A stretch of DNA of 64,000 bases from an uncultured bacterium (GCA_963825585.1 CAWGTX010000007.1:1839-65838), one strand, 5' to 3'; positions 9,846-19,787 are shown, counted from the first letter of the stretch. Translations and numbers: made by a program. The notes: generated by a model from the sequence alone, not told the origin.

Positions 9846-10718
9846 TCAGCGCTGCATCTCTCGGGACTTGTCGGACTGGTTGAGGCCCTCGTCGAAGTTG
9901 TGTTTCCAGGTGTCCAGCTCGGCCTTGCGCTCCTCGCGGAACTTCTGGAAGTTGGGCTTGCGCTTCTCGAGGAAGGCGTTCATGCCTTCGAGCGACTCCT
10001 CGGTGCCCCAGATGTTGGCGAGCAACTCCATGCCGTGCTGCCACGCCGGATACAGGGCATCGGAGTCGTAGTTCAGCGCCACCTTGGTGGCCCGGATGGT
10101 CTGGCCGGAGTATCCGACGATCTCCTGGCAGACGGCCTCGGTCTTTGCCCGCAGCTCCGATGCCGGAACGGCGATGTTGGCCAGCCCGATCTCGGCGGCC
10201 TGCTTGCCGGTCCAGGTCTTGCACAGGAAGATCATCTCCTTGGCACGACGCTCACCGATGAGCTTGCCGATGTACTGGGTGGCACCGACCGTCGGGCAGG
10301 CACCGACTCGAGCGCCGGTCTGGCCGAACTTGGCATCCTCGGCGGTGATGACGAGGTCACACCACAACATCAGCTCGTGACCACCACCGACACAGGGACC
10401 CTCGACCATGGCGATCACCGGGATCGGTAGGTTGCGGATGGTCATGGCCACCTGCAGCATGCGATCGTTCCACATGTACGAGTTGGCCTTGTTCAGCTTC
10501 ATCATGGCGTGGAAGTCGCCACCGGCGGAGAAGGCGCCACCGGCTCCGGACACCACCGCAGCGGCGATGGTGGGGTCTTCACGGGTGCGGTTGAAGGCGT
10601 CGGCGAGCTCGTCGAGCGTCTGCTCGCGGAAGGCGTTCTTCACCTCGGGACGGTTGATCGTGATCCAGGCAACGTTGTCCTTGACCTCGTAGAGGATCTC
10701 GCCGTATTCGTCTGACAC
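9846..10718 (-). CDS. Crotonase-family enzyme, BadI/MenB-like
   Basis: AAGGAG RBS then GTG; ITINRPEVKNAF, AFSAGGD, VGGGHELMLWCDL, KFGQTG, EGMNAFLEKRKPNF. Confidence 0.85.
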   Translation of the reverse strand: MSDEYGEILYEVKDNVAWITINRPEVKNAFREQTLDELADAFNRTREDPTIAAAVVSGAGGAFSAGGDFHAMMKLNKANSYMWNDRMLQVAMTIRNLPIPVIAMVEGPCVGGGHELMLWCDLVITAEDAKFGQTGARVGACPTVGATQYIGKLIGERRAKEMIFLCKTWTGKQAAEIGLANIAVPASELRAKTEAVCQEIVGYSGQTIRATKVALNYDSDALYPAWQHGMELLANIWGTEESLEGMNAFLEKRKPNFQKFREERKAELDTWKHNFDEGLNQSDKSREMQR

Positions 10719-10780
10719 CAGAAGGACTCCTTGTTCTCGCGACTCTCTGCTGGTTGCATTCAAGTCGAACGGTATTCGAC

Positions 10781-10799
10781 ATCATATTTGCTATATGAT
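10781..10799. promoter_or_regulatory. AT-rich palindrome in the divergent promoter
   Basis: ATCATAT-N5-ATATGAT between the divergent crotonase and amidohydrolase genes. Confidence 0.5.
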
Positions 10800-10833
10800 C
10801 GACTGCGGTCATCCAGTGAGAGGCTTCCCAAGT

Positions 10834-11829
10834 ATGTCCACCGACGTGATCGACGTCCATGCCCACATCGTGACGACCGGACTGGCGGACATCGCCCAGT
10901 CGGGCGGCACGAAACACGGCATCGAGTTCTTCAGAGACGCCAACGGCCGCATCACCAGCTCCAGCGGCGGCCAGCAGAAGTCGATCGCCTGGCCCACCCC
11001 GCTCGAGACCCCCGACCAGCGGGTTGCCGTGATGAACGCGATCGGCGTCGACGTGCACCTGCTCTCGCTGACGCCCACCATGCACTGGTACAACCTCGCC
11101 CCCGCCGACGGGCTGTCGCTTGCGGTCGAGAGCAACGACGACATGGCCGAGACGATCGCCGCCCACCCCACCAGGTTCAAGGGCCTCGGCTTCCTCCCGC
11201 TCCAGGACGTCGCCGCTTCGGTGGCAGAGATGGAACGCTGCGTGCGCGAGATGGGCTTCGTCGGCTTCCAGGTGGGCACCAACATCAACGGCATCGACTG
11301 GGACTCCGACGAGCTGTATCCGGTGCTGCAGGCCGCCCAGGATCTCAACGCCGTCATGTTCTTCCACCCCACCCGCGGGCGGGGTGACGGGTTCCTCAAG
11401 AAGTACCACCTGGTGAACTTCATCGGCAACCCCCTAGAGACCACCATCGCGGTGGCGTCGATCATCTTCGGCGGGGTCATGGACCGGCTGCCCGACCTCA
11501 AGGCCGTGTTCGCCCACGGAGGCGGTTACGGCTGTCTCGGCATCGCCCGCATGGACCACGGCAAGGAAGTCCGCCCCGAGTCACGCGGCATGGAGCTGAT
11601 GCCGTCGGACTATCTGCGTCAGATGTGGTTCGACTCGCTCGTCCACGGGCATCGCACCCTCGACCAGGTGATCGACTTCGCCGGGATCGACCGGGTGGTC
11701 CTAGGCAGCGACTACCCCGCCGACATGGGCGAGCCCAAGCCGGTGGAGTGGCTCAACGAGCACCCCACGCTGTCGGAAGCCGACAAGGAGAAGATCCTGC
11801 GGGCGAACCCGGCGCAGCTGCTGGCGTGA
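10834..11829 (+). CDS. Amidohydrolase_2 family protein (ACMSD-like decarboxylase/hydratase)
   Basis: IDVHAH, LPLQD, FFHP, IGNPLETT, AHGGG, LGSDYPADMG. Confidence 0.9.
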   Translation: MSTDVIDVHAHIVTTGLADIAQSGGTKHGIEFFRDANGRITSSSGGQQKSIAWPTPLETPDQRVAVMNAIGVDVHLLSLTPTMHWYNLAPADGLSLAVESNDDMAETIAAHPTRFKGLGFLPLQDVAASVAEMERCVREMGFVGFQVGTNINGIDWDSDELYPVLQAAQDLNAVMFFHPTRGRGDGFLKKYHLVNFIGNPLETTIAVASIIFGGVMDRLPDLKAVFAHGGGYGCLGIARMDHGKEVRPESRGMELMPSDYLRQMWFDSLVHGHRTLDQVIDFAGIDRVVLGSDYPADMGEPKPVEWLNEHPTLSEADKEKILRANPAQLLA

Positions 11830-11892
11830 CGCACGGTGGGGCCAGGTCGACGCCCGATTGGCCGCGGTCCGAAGATGTCGACGGGCTTTACA

Positions 11893-11956
11893 CCCCCCTA
11901 CCCCGCAAGCGTCCGACGGCTCTGCGTCGGCGGACCCTTCCCCCGCAAGCGGGGGA
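11893..11956. repeat. REP-like palindromic intergenic element
   Basis: TCCCCCGC-AA-GCGGGGGA hairpin, preceded by CCGACG..CGTCGG and a partial CCCCGCAAGCG copy. Confidence 0.5.
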
Positions 11957-11983
11957 CAAGATGCCTAGCGGAGAGGCGAAGAC

Positions 11984-12424
11984 ATGGATCGTGAACTGAT
12001 CGACGAGATGTACGAGAAGCGGGGGTACCTGTTCGAGTGGCAGGTGTTGCTGGCCGACGCCGCCCCGGACTTCCTGCGGAGCTTCGACGCCACCTGGACC
12101 CAGGTGAACAGCGACCGGCCCGACGGGCTGCACGTCAAATATCGCGAGCTGGTGTATTCGGTTGTCGCCTCGGTCCTGGGCGAGGCCACCGTGGCCAAGA
12201 ACCACATGCACAAGGCCCTCGACAACGGCGCCACCCGCCAGGAGCTCATCGACGGGCTGCTGGTCGGCTGGACCCCGTCGGGGTCGAAGACGCTCATCCA
12301 CGGGCTGCGGGCACTGGTCGACGTGCTGCAGGAACGTGGCGAGTACGAACTGCCCGACGTCGGATACCGGATCACCGACCGACCCGAACACGCCGAACGC
12401 AGCTTCCTGGAGGACAAGCGATGA
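11984..12424 (+). CDS. Carboxymuconolactone decarboxylase/AhpD-like protein
   Basis: LHVKYRELVY...NHMHKALDNGATRQELID. Confidence 0.75.
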   Translation: MDRELIDEMYEKRGYLFEWQVLLADAAPDFLRSFDATWTQVNSDRPDGLHVKYRELVYSVVASVLGEATVAKNHMHKALDNGATRQELIDGLLVGWTPSGSKTLIHGLRALVDVLQERGEYELPDVGYRITDRPEHAERSFLEDKR

Positions 12425-12810
12425 GTGAGTTGGCAGAAGAGTTCGCCGCCCGCCGCGGCAAGCGATATCCCGCCCATGCCTGGATCTCCGAAGCGTTCCC
12501 CGAGTACGTGGAGACCATGCTCCAGCTCGACGAGATCATCCGCCGTCGGCCCCGCCGCTTCGACGAAAAGGGCCACGAACTGTTCCACATCGTCGCCCTG
12601 TCGGTGATGGGCTCAAACCCCCACAACCAGCCCCATCTCACCCAGCACATCAAGAAGGCGCTGGAGTTGGGAGCTCACCCCGAGGAGATCGCCGAGGCGT
12701 TGATGGTGTGCGTGAACCCGGCCGGTGCCCGGGTGCTCACCTACGGTGTCACGTGCATGCTGGAGGCGATCGAACAGCTGGAAGCCGAAGGTTGGGTGGC
12801 GCCGGAGTGA
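12421..12810 (+). CDS. Carboxymuconolactone decarboxylase/AhpD-like protein
   Basis: FDEKGHELFHIV...QHIKKALELGAHPEEIAEAL; ATGA overlap. Confidence 0.75.
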   Translation: MSELAEEFAARRGKRYPAHAWISEAFPEYVETMLQLDEIIRRRPRRFDEKGHELFHIVALSVMGSNPHNQPHLTQHIKKALELGAHPEEIAEALMVCVNPAGARVLTYGVTCMLEAIEQLEAEGWVAPE

Positions 12811-13601
12811 GCGGGACCGCTAGCGAGGATGTCCTCTACGAGATCGACGACCGGGTCGCCTGGGTCACCATCAACCGCCCTGAGGCCGGCAACGGTCTCA
12901 CCAGCGCCACCTACTCGCTGCTAGCAGAGATGCTCCACCGCGCCGAGGCCGATCCGGCGGCCGGGGTGGTGGTGCTCACCGGTGCGGGTGACACCCACTT
13001 CTCGGGGGGTGGCGACACCAAGCATCACAAGCGTCGCACCTCCAACAACCTCCGCCTCCACCTCGGAAAACTGGCCGAGGTGTCGATGGTGATCCGCAAC
13101 ATGGGCAAACCCACCATCGCCGCCGTCAACGGCCGGGCGATCGGCGGTGGCCACCAGCTGCAGCTGTTGTGCGACATCTCGATCGCTTCGGAGTCGGCCA
13201 TCCTCGGTCAGGACGGGTCGCGGCGGGCAGCGGCACCGTTCTTCTGGGGGTTGCAGCTGCTGTCGAGTTACGTCGGCGAGAAGAAGGCCCGGGAGATGTG
13301 CATCCTGTCGCGGGAGTACCCGGCGGCCGAGGCGCTGGATATGGGGCTCGTCACCGCGGTCGTCCCCCACGCCGAGCTCCGGTCCGAGGTGCGCCGCTGG
13401 GCCGACGAACTGCTGACGCTCGACGCCGATTCGTTGCGGGCTTGGAAGACGGCCCTCAACCATCCGTCCGACCTGAACTACGCCGCGCTGTTCGAGGGCA
13501 GGGAGATGCTGGCCCTGTTCGCCGGCACCGAAGAATGGAAGCTCGGCAACGCCGCCTACGGCTCGGGCGAGCTCCCCGACTGGTCGGAGTTCCGCATATG
13601 A
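12807..13601 (+). CDS. Crotonase-family enzyme, BadI/MenB-like
   Basis: VTINRPEAGN, HFSGGGD, KPTIAAVNGRAIGGGHQLQLLCD, VGEKKAREM. Confidence 0.85.
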   Translation: MSGTASEDVLYEIDDRVAWVTINRPEAGNGLTSATYSLLAEMLHRAEADPAAGVVVLTGAGDTHFSGGGDTKHHKRRTSNNLRLHLGKLAEVSMVIRNMGKPTIAAVNGRAIGGGHQLQLLCDISIASESAILGQDGSRRAAAPFFWGLQLLSSYVGEKKAREMCILSREYPAAEALDMGLVTAVVPHAELRSEVRRWADELLTLDADSLRAWKTALNHPSDLNYAALFEGREMLALFAGTEEWKLGNAAYGSGELPDWSEFRI

Positions 13602-15013
13602 GCGCCACGACATACCGGGTGGAGGGAACCACCGCCCGCATCACCGTCAACGACACGAGGTGGGGTCTCGACACCCACCTCGGCATCCTCGAGGGCCTCG
13701 CCAGAGCGTCGGTCGACCGCACCGTCATCGCCGTGCTGGTGGAAAGTGACGGCCCCGATTTCGGAGTGGGCCCCGACTCCCCCAGCGATCCCGCAGAACT
13801 CAAGGTCCTGCTCGACGCCATCGCTCGTGTCCCGGTGGCCATCCGCACCGGTGGCAAGACCGTGGTTGCCTCGGTGAAAGGCCGATGCCGGGGTGCGGCC
13901 AACCAGTTCCAGATGGTGTGTGACCTCACCGTCGCCGCCGAGTCGGCGGTCTTCGCCGTGGACATGGCGCACGGCGCCGAGCCGATGGCGCTCATCGGCG
14001 GGCAGTTCCTGCCCCGCATCGTCGGTGAGAAGCGGGCCAGGGAGATGGTGTTCCTGGGACGCGACCACGGACCGTCCGACCACAAGGCCTTCGTCAACAC
14101 CGTCGTCCCTGACGACGACTTGGAGTCGGCGTCGCTGGCGCTGTGTGAGGAGATCGCCCGACTCAGCCCCACCTCGCTGCGGATGGTGAAGGCGTCGATC
14201 AGCTTCAACACCGATCTGTTGTTCAGCTCGATCTGGCAGGCGGTGGACTACGCCGTGCTGGCCGCCATCGAGAAGGCGCCCATCCCCGAAGGCGAGGCAC
14301 CCACCCCCGCGCTGGCTCCGCTTCCCGACCGGTTCCAGTCACTCGAGTACACGGTCGGAGAGGGCTTCGCCATCGCCCGACTCGTCGACGGTTCGGTCGA
14401 AGCCGCTCTCGACGAGCTGCTGGCGGTGCTGCGCCACTCCGACAGCGATCCTGACATCAGGAGTCTGGTGCTTCGCGTGGCTTCCGGGTGCGGTTGGGCG
14501 GCGGGCAGCAACGCGGGGGGTGCAGGGGGGTCGTCCCCCCGCACAGGTAACGGCTGGATGGCGGCGCTCGTCACGTTGCGCAACATCGCCATGCCCACCA
14601 TCGTCGTCCTCGAGGGCGAGACCACCGCCACCGCCACCGAGTTGGCGGTGGTCGCCGACCTGGTGGTGGCGGCCGACCGGGCCACCATCGGCATGGCCAC
14701 CGACCGGCCTCCGGCGTGGGGTTCCCAGCTGCTGGCCGGAGCGGTCCGGGAGAGACAGGCCCGCCGCATGGGCCTGCTCGGAGCCAGCCTCAGCAGCCGC
14801 GAAGCCAAGGCGGCCGGGCTGGTGAACTGGGTGGTCGACGGCGCCCGGTTGGACGGGTTCGTCGCCGACCTCACTGCCGAGATTGCCGGCCTCGACCAGC
14901 TGGGGATCCAGGTCGCCAAGTCGGTCCTCAACTACGGGGGCAACATGGCGTACCCGTCGATCCTCGGCATCGACAACCGACGACCGTCACCCACGTCGAG
15001 GTCGCGCGGATAG
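13598..15013 (+). CDS. Protein with two tandem degenerate crotonase domains
   Basis: Domain 1: KTVVASVKGRCRGAANQFQMVCDL, IVGEKRAREMVF. Domain 2: MPTIVVLEG...ELAVVADL, REAKAAGLVNWVV. Confidence 0.75.
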   Translation: MSATTYRVEGTTARITVNDTRWGLDTHLGILEGLARASVDRTVIAVLVESDGPDFGVGPDSPSDPAELKVLLDAIARVPVAIRTGGKTVVASVKGRCRGAANQFQMVCDLTVAAESAVFAVDMAHGAEPMALIGGQFLPRIVGEKRAREMVFLGRDHGPSDHKAFVNTVVPDDDLESASLALCEEIARLSPTSLRMVKASISFNTDLLFSSIWQAVDYAVLAAIEKAPIPEGEAPTPALAPLPDRFQSLEYTVGEGFAIARLVDGSVEAALDELLAVLRHSDSDPDIRSLVLRVASGCGWAAGSNAGGAGGSSPRTGNGWMAALVTLRNIAMPTIVVLEGETTATATELAVVADLVVAADRATIGMATDRPPAWGSQLLAGAVRERQARRMGLLGASLSSREAKAAGLVNWVVDGARLDGFVADLTAEIAGLDQLGIQVAKSVLNYGGNMAYPSILGIDNRRPSPTSRSRG

Positions 15014-15060
15014 GGAACGAGCCGAGGAGTTCGTCTGCAGGGGCAAGAAAGGCGCCTGGT

Positions 15061-15175
15061 GCGAGGGGCGAGGAGCCAGAAAGCGGAAGGGATGACCGCA
15101 CAACGTCAACGCTCACTACACCCTCGGCAGCTCAGGTTCCGGCTCCTCGCCCCTCGCCCCTCGCCCCTCGCCCTC
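15061..15175. repeat. Inverted pair of CGAGGGG/CGAGGAG heptamer arrays
   Basis: GCGAGGGGCGAGGAGCC at 15061; reverse-complement array GGCTCCTCGCCCCTCGCCCCTCGCCCCTC at 15141. Confidence 0.7.
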
Positions 15176-15256
15176 AGCTCCTAGCTGGCCTCGACACCTG
15201 TCCGCTCGGCCTCATCAGACATACCGGCGGTTGAAGATCAGCAGTAGCCTCGACCT

Positions 15257-15676
15257 GTGCGTCCGTCGCCTGGCATCGCAGCGTCAATAGCCCTTGGCAC
15301 CATCTCAGCCCTGCATGTCGCATGGGGCCGCGGCTCGTCGTTTCCGTTCCACAGCAGATCAGAGCTCGCCGACGCCGTCGTCGGAACACATGACGTGCCG
15401 CCGCCGGTTGCGTGCTACTCGGTGGCGACCCTGCTGGCGTGCGGTGCGGGCTTGGCGCTCGACATCCCTATCGGGCCGACCGGGCTGCGGAGGGCCGGGC
15501 GCACGACCGTTGCGGCAGTGCTCACGGTACGCGGGTTGCTCGGTGTGGCAGGCCGGACCGATGCGGTGTCACCGGGCAGCACCTCGCCACGATTCCGACG
15601 GATGGACCGGCGTTTCTACTCGCCACTGTGCCTCCTACTGGCAGCCGGAGTTGCGTCTTCACACAGGCAACGCTGA
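15257..15676 (+). CDS. DUF3995-like small membrane protein
   Basis: ALHVAWGRG, FRRMDRRFYSPLCLLL; hydrophobic helices. Confidence 0.7.
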   Translation: MRPSPGIAASIALGTISALHVAWGRGSSFPFHSRSELADAVVGTHDVPPPVACYSVATLLACGAGLALDIPIGPTGLRRAGRTTVAAVLTVRGLLGVAGRTDAVSPGSTSPRFRRMDRRFYSPLCLLLAAGVASSHRQR

Positions 15677-15733
15677 GCGAGTTTGGATCCGACGTCGATC
15701 GGCGCTCCGGCCGGAGGACAACCAGTCAGGCGT

Positions 15734-16075
15734 TCACGCGCGAAGCACCTTCTCCATCTTCCTGCCCTTGGCCACTTCGTCGACCAGCTTGTCGAGATAG
15801 CGGATCTTCTGCATCAACGGGTCTTCGATCTCTTCGACCCGGATACCACAGATCAAGCCGGTGATCAGCCCGGCGTTGGGGTTGAGCCGAGCGTCGGCGA
15901 AGAAGTCCTCGAAGGTCGTCTCCGCCTCGAGATGATTTGCGAGCTCGGCTTCGTCGAAACCGGTCAGCCACCGGATCACCTCGTCGAGCTCCGCTTGGGT
16001 GCGGCCTTTCCGCTCCACTTTGTTCACGTAGTGGGTGTACACCGAGGCGAAGCTCGTCGTGAAGATCCTGCTCAT
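15734..16075 (-). CDS. DUF2200 family protein
   Basis: [18 protein letters not shown]...[30 protein letters not shown]. Confidence 0.9.
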   Translation of the reverse strand: MSRIFTTSFASVYTHYVNKVERKGRTQAELDEVIRWLTGFDEAELANHLEAETTFEDFFADARLNPNAGLITGLICGIRVEEIEDPLMQKIRYLDKLVDEVAKGRKMEKVLRA

Positions 16076-16087
16076 GAGATGAGTGTA

Positions 16088-16125
16088 CGGAGGGGCGAGG
16101 AGACAGGAGCGAGGGGCGAGGAGCC
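16088..16125 (+). repeat. CGAGGGG/CGAGGAG heptamer array
   Basis: GGAGGGGCGAGGAGACAGGAGCGAGGGGCGAGGAGCC. Confidence 0.6.
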
Positions 16126-16190
16126 GAAGACCTCGGCGGCGTGAGCAGTGGAAGCGACTCACAACCCTCGTCTGGTGTATGCTTATTTGC

Positions 16191-16388
16191 ATGCAGAGCA
16201 GTACGAGCGTCCGGATCGACGCCGCCACACACGAGGACTTGAAGCGCCTGGCAGCGGAGATGAACACGACTGTGGGACACACCGTCACCATCGCGGTGCG
16301 GGCACTCCGACAGGACCGAATCGGGGCCGAACTCCATGCGGAGCTTCGGGATGACGAGGTCGCCTGGCTCGATGCTGAGCTCGGGTGA
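16191..16388 (+). CDS. Ribbon-helix-helix antitoxin
   Basis: [18 protein letters not shown]; acidic C-terminus WLDAELG; overlaps the toxin. Confidence 0.75.
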   Translation: MQSSTSVRIDAATHEDLKRLAAEMNTTVGHTVTIAVRALRQDRIGAELHAELRDDEVAWLDAELG

Positions 16389-16710
16389 CATCGTCGATCT
16401 CGATCTCGGTACGCCGAGTGGTCGGGAAACGGGCTTCGCTCACCCTGCCGTGGTGATCACGGCGCAGCACATCCTCGATGCGAACCCGTCGGTGATCCAC
16501 GTCGTACCCCTGACGTCGACGATCCGCCGATTCGGGTCGGAGGTCGTCCTGCAGCCCGACCAACTCAACGCCCTGATGGTCGAATCGGCGGCACAGTGCC
16601 AGCACATCCGAGCCGTCTCGCCGGGCAGGATCCGAGACGCCCGCGGCAACGTCGGGCCGTTGACTCTGACGCAAATCCGCGAAACGGTCGCCGTCATCCT
16701 CGACCTGTGA
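16372..16710 (+). CDS. mazF: PemK/MazF family toxin
   Basis: [43 protein letters not shown]. Confidence 0.9.
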   Translation: MLSSGDIVDLDLGTPSGRETGFAHPAVVITAQHILDANPSVIHVVPLTSTIRRFGSEVVLQPDQLNALMVESAAQCQHIRAVSPGRIRDARGNVGPLTLTQIRETVAVILDL

Positions 16711-16829
16711 CCCCGGACGAAACCGACCGCGCCATAGTCGAGGGCTACCGTCGGACTCCGCCCACCGAGGAGGAGTTCGAGGCAGCAGTCGCCTCCCTTC
16801 GGCAGGCGATCGCCGAGGAGCCGTGGTGA
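16707..16829 (+). CDS. 40-aa peptide resembling an antitoxin C-terminal segment (fragment?)
   Basis: GTGA overlap with the mazF stop; DRAIVEGYRRTPPTEEEFEAAVASLRQAIAEEPW. Confidence 0.45.
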   Translation: MTPDETDRAIVEGYRRTPPTEEEFEAAVASLRQAIAEEPW

Positions 16830-16975
16830 TCGACGGAGGGCGCTTACGACGGCACGCCCGCATCGTGTGTCGTCGGCTTCGATATCGTTGCGATTGACCT
16901 GCTGACTCGCCAGCGTCAGCGGCGCTCGGCGCAAATGTCAGGCCATCGGGCCGCTCAGCGTCGTATCGTCGACCC

Positions 16976-17389
16976 ATGAGTCTCGAGTGGGAGCAGGTCG
17001 TCGTCGATGCACATGACCCGGTGGCGCTCGGTCGCTGGTGGGCAGAGGCGTTGGGATGGGCCATTGTCAACGATGACCCACACGAGTTCGAGATCCAGCC
17101 GGAACCGGACCGGCTCCCCGGCATCATCTTCGAACCGGTCACACACTCGAAGCAGACCAAGAACCGCCTGCACCTCGACTTCCGGCCTGACGACCAGACG
17201 GCCGAGGTGGATCGACTCCTGAAGCTCGGAGCCAATCGGGTCGACATCGGGCAGGGCGACGTGCCATGGGTGGTGCTGGCCGATCCTGAGGGCAACGAGT
17301 TCTGCATTCTCGGGGAGAGAGCGGCCACCGGGACCGACGACCGGGGACCGACCGAGGATTGGTCGGACTGGACGGAGCCGACCTCCTGA
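16976..17389 (+). CDS. VOC/glyoxalase family protein
   Basis: VVVDAHDPVALGRWWAEALGW, KNRLHLDF, WVVLADPEGNEFCIL. Confidence 0.9.
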   Translation: MSLEWEQVVVDAHDPVALGRWWAEALGWAIVNDDPHEFEIQPEPDRLPGIIFEPVTHSKQTKNRLHLDFRPDDQTAEVDRLLKLGANRVDIGQGDVPWVVLADPEGNEFCILGERAATGTDDRGPTEDWSDWTEPTS

Positions 17390-17402
17390 CACCGCGCTGG
17401 TC

Positions 17403-18305
17403 CTACGGCAGGGCAGTCTCCGGGCCTCTGCTCCAAAGATCCGTCTGGCGGTGTGGCTCGAAGCCGACGCTGCGATAGAGGTGACCCGACGCCGGGTTGT
17501 CAGGGTGGAAAGCGATCGAGATGCGCTCGGCTCCGGCCTGGGCGAGCAGTTCCACGCCGGCGGTGAGGATGTGCCGGGCGAGGCCACGGCGCTGGTGGTC
17601 GTCGTGCGTCCGCATGGGCTCCACCACACCGGTCGCGGTGACCGGGTCGAACCAGAACAGCCCGTAGGCGGCGACCTCATCGCTGCAGTCGAGCACGACC
17701 AGGTCGAGATCCGGGCGGTACAGCGACGTCTGCTGGAGCCGCTGCTCGACATCTGGTCGACGTGGATGGGTCATGTGATGGGGACGCCCGGTCGTGTCGC
17801 TCCGCCTGAGGAGCCGGTAGCCGTCGGGCAAGGGGCTGATCCCGGGTCGGGACCCGGCCTCCATCCAGCATTCGATCATGCCGTCACCCTTCCGTGTGAA
17901 CCCGTGGCCCGACAGCATGCCGATCATCACGTCGTCGGCACGGTCCACCTCGAGCTCGACCGCTCCGATCCCGTTTTCGCCGAGCTGGGCGAGTCCCCGT
18001 TCGACGACATGGGCGACCAACGAGGGATCGGTGTCGGGCATGAGCACCACAACCAGGGTGGGGTCCTCGTAGAGGGCGGAGGACCCGTCTCCGAAGTCGG
18101 TGACGACGAACGCCGCCGCCGGGCGACCCAGGTCGTCGAACCAGAACAGCTGGTCGAAGTCATCGGTGGAGCGCCGCACGCCCCACCACCACTGGAGCTC
18201 GGCCGCCTGGTACGACCCGTGTGTGGGATGGGCGCTGCGGACCCGCTGCAGCAGTGTCGTAACGGCATCCAGGTAGTCGAGACCGACTCGGAGTTCTTCT
18301 CGCAC
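17403..18305 (-). CDS. GNAT family N-acetyltransferase
   Basis: EPMRTHDDHQRRGLAR acetyl-CoA motif, NPASGHLYRSVGF. Confidence 0.85.
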   Translation of the reverse strand: MREELRVGLDYLDAVTTLLQRVRSAHPTHGSYQAAELQWWWGVRRSTDDFDQLFWFDDLGRPAAAFVVTDFGDGSSALYEDPTLVVVLMPDTDPSLVAHVVERGLAQLGENGIGAVELEVDRADDVMIGMLSGHGFTRKGDGMIECWMEAGSRPGISPLPDGYRLLRRSDTTGRPHHMTHPRRPDVEQRLQQTSLYRPDLDLVVLDCSDEVAAYGLFWFDPVTATGVVEPMRTHDDHQRRGLARHILTAGVELLAQAGAERISIAFHPDNPASGHLYRSVGFEPHRQTDLWSRGPETALP

Positions 18306-18417
18306 CGGGCGAAGCTACTTCCGCACGATCGCCGGCTGCCAGCCATTTTCAGCAGGAACGGATGTGGCGGATCGGATGTGAGGCACGCCGGTTTCGTGTG
18401 CGACTTCCATCGCGAGA

Positions 18418-18846
18418 CCGTTGGATCCGTTCACCCCATTGAGCTGTGGGTGCCGTCCTGGCGGAGTGAGTCGTTCGGGTGGGCACTCGCCGTCCTCGGT
18501 ACGAAGAGTTCCAGCGCTGGGAGAACGGCCGGAGCTGCGGAACGGTATCACCTACGTCGTCGGCCGAGGAGTCACGCCACCATGGCGGGAGGCGAGCACG
18601 TCGCCTCCGGCCAGGGGTCAACCACCGGCGTTCCACGCAGGATCGGTCGATGACGTCGAGCGGATCGTCGAGGAGGCGCCGCGACACGGATGGACGCTCA
18701 TGTTCGCCGATCGACACCCCCACGCCGGTGGACCTGATCACTACGCCGCGAGCTTCCTCGAGAACGAGGACGGGTTCGAGATCGAACTGGTCGCCGATTG
18801 GTCCCGGCCCCGACCGAATGTTCGCTGGTGCGGGTCGAAGTCGTGA
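18418..18846 (+). pseudogene. VOC/glyoxalase family gene with multiple frameshifts
   Basis: Pieces spread over three frames: IELWVP, FQRWENGRS, PGVNH/AFHAGS, GWTLMFADRHPHAGGPDHYAASFLENEDGFEIELVA. Confidence 0.65.
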
Positions 18847-18859
18847 TATCATTCGCACC

Positions 18860-19072
18860 ATGACCGATATCCTCATACGGGATGTCCCCGACGAGGTGGT
18901 GGCGGCACTCGATGCCAACGCCCAGCGTGCCGGCCTCACGCGTGCCGAGTACCTGCGGCGGGTGCTCGCCGACCAGCAAGGTCCCGCCGTGACCCGTGAG
19001 CACCTCGAGCGCTTCGCCGCACGCACCACCGATCTGGACGATCCACAGGTGATGGCAGCTGCATGGCGGTGA
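18860..19072 (+). CDS. vapB: FitA/VapB-like RHH antitoxin
   Basis: MTDILIRDVPDEVVAALDANAQRAGLTRAEYLRR; TGATATCA palindrome upstream. Confidence 0.85.
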   Translation: MTDILIRDVPDEVVAALDANAQRAGLTRAEYLRRVLADQQGPAVTREHLERFAARTTDLDDPQVMAAAWR

Positions 19073-19468
19073 TCGGCTGGCTCATCGACAAGTCGGCACT
19101 CAACCGCCTCGCCGCAGCCGGCGACGACTGGCTGCTCCGCATCCAGCGGGGCCTGGTGCGAATCTCGACCGTCACGCTGCTCGAGATCGGCTTCTCCACC
19201 CGCAACGGCGACCGATCACCGCGGCACGCTCGGCGAACCGCCCGTGTCGTTGATGCCGGTCGAACACATCACGCCGGCGATCGAAGCCCGCGCCATCGAG
19301 ATCCAGATGTTGCTGGCAGATCGTGGCGAGCACCGCGCTCCGTCGATCCCCGATCTCCTCATCGCGGCGACCGCCGAGCACGCCCGGCTGACCGTGCTCC
19401 ACGTCGACGAGGACTTCGACGTGATCGCCACCATCAGCGGTCAGCCCATCGAGCGCCTGACGGTCTAG
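19063..19468 (+). CDS. vapC: PIN-domain VapC toxin, frameshifted near 19213
   Basis: WLIDKSAL...[10 protein letters not shown] in one frame; [23 protein letters not shown] in another. Confidence 0.8.
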
Positions 19469-19490
19469 GAGTCCGGTCAATCGCTTCGTG

Positions 19491-19787
19491 TCACCCGCCT
19501 GCCATCGCCCCGATGATCAGGTAGGGCTCGCGGCCTTGCACCACGGCGTCGGGCAAGGGCTCGTCCGGGTCTTCGTTCGAGAGGTCCTCCTCGCAGGCGA
19601 AGAACCGCACGAACGGGCGTCGTCGATCGGTGGACCGGTCACGGATGGTGCCGCCCAGCATCGGATAGGCCGCCTCGATGGCGTCGACCACGGCACGCTG
19701 GGTCACAGGCTCGGCGACGTCGAGTTCGATCTCGGCGCCGACACCGGCCAGGGTGCGGAGATGCTGGGGAAGCCTGACCCGGATCAC
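19491..19787 (-). CDS. MoaD/ThiS ubiquitin-like sulfur-carrier family protein
   Basis: Beta-grasp-sized protein (98 aa) ending in GAMAGG; [15 protein letters not shown]. Confidence 0.85.
   Translation of the reverse strand: MIRVRLPQHLRTLAGVGAEIELDVAEPVTQRAVVDAIEAAYPMLGGTIRDRSTDRRRPFVRFFACEEDLSNEDPDEPLPDAVVQGREPYLIIGAMAGG

Noticed and set aside
9846-13601. menB / menaquinone biosynthesis
   Set aside because: The similarity is at family level only, no other men genes are present and the context is catabolic.
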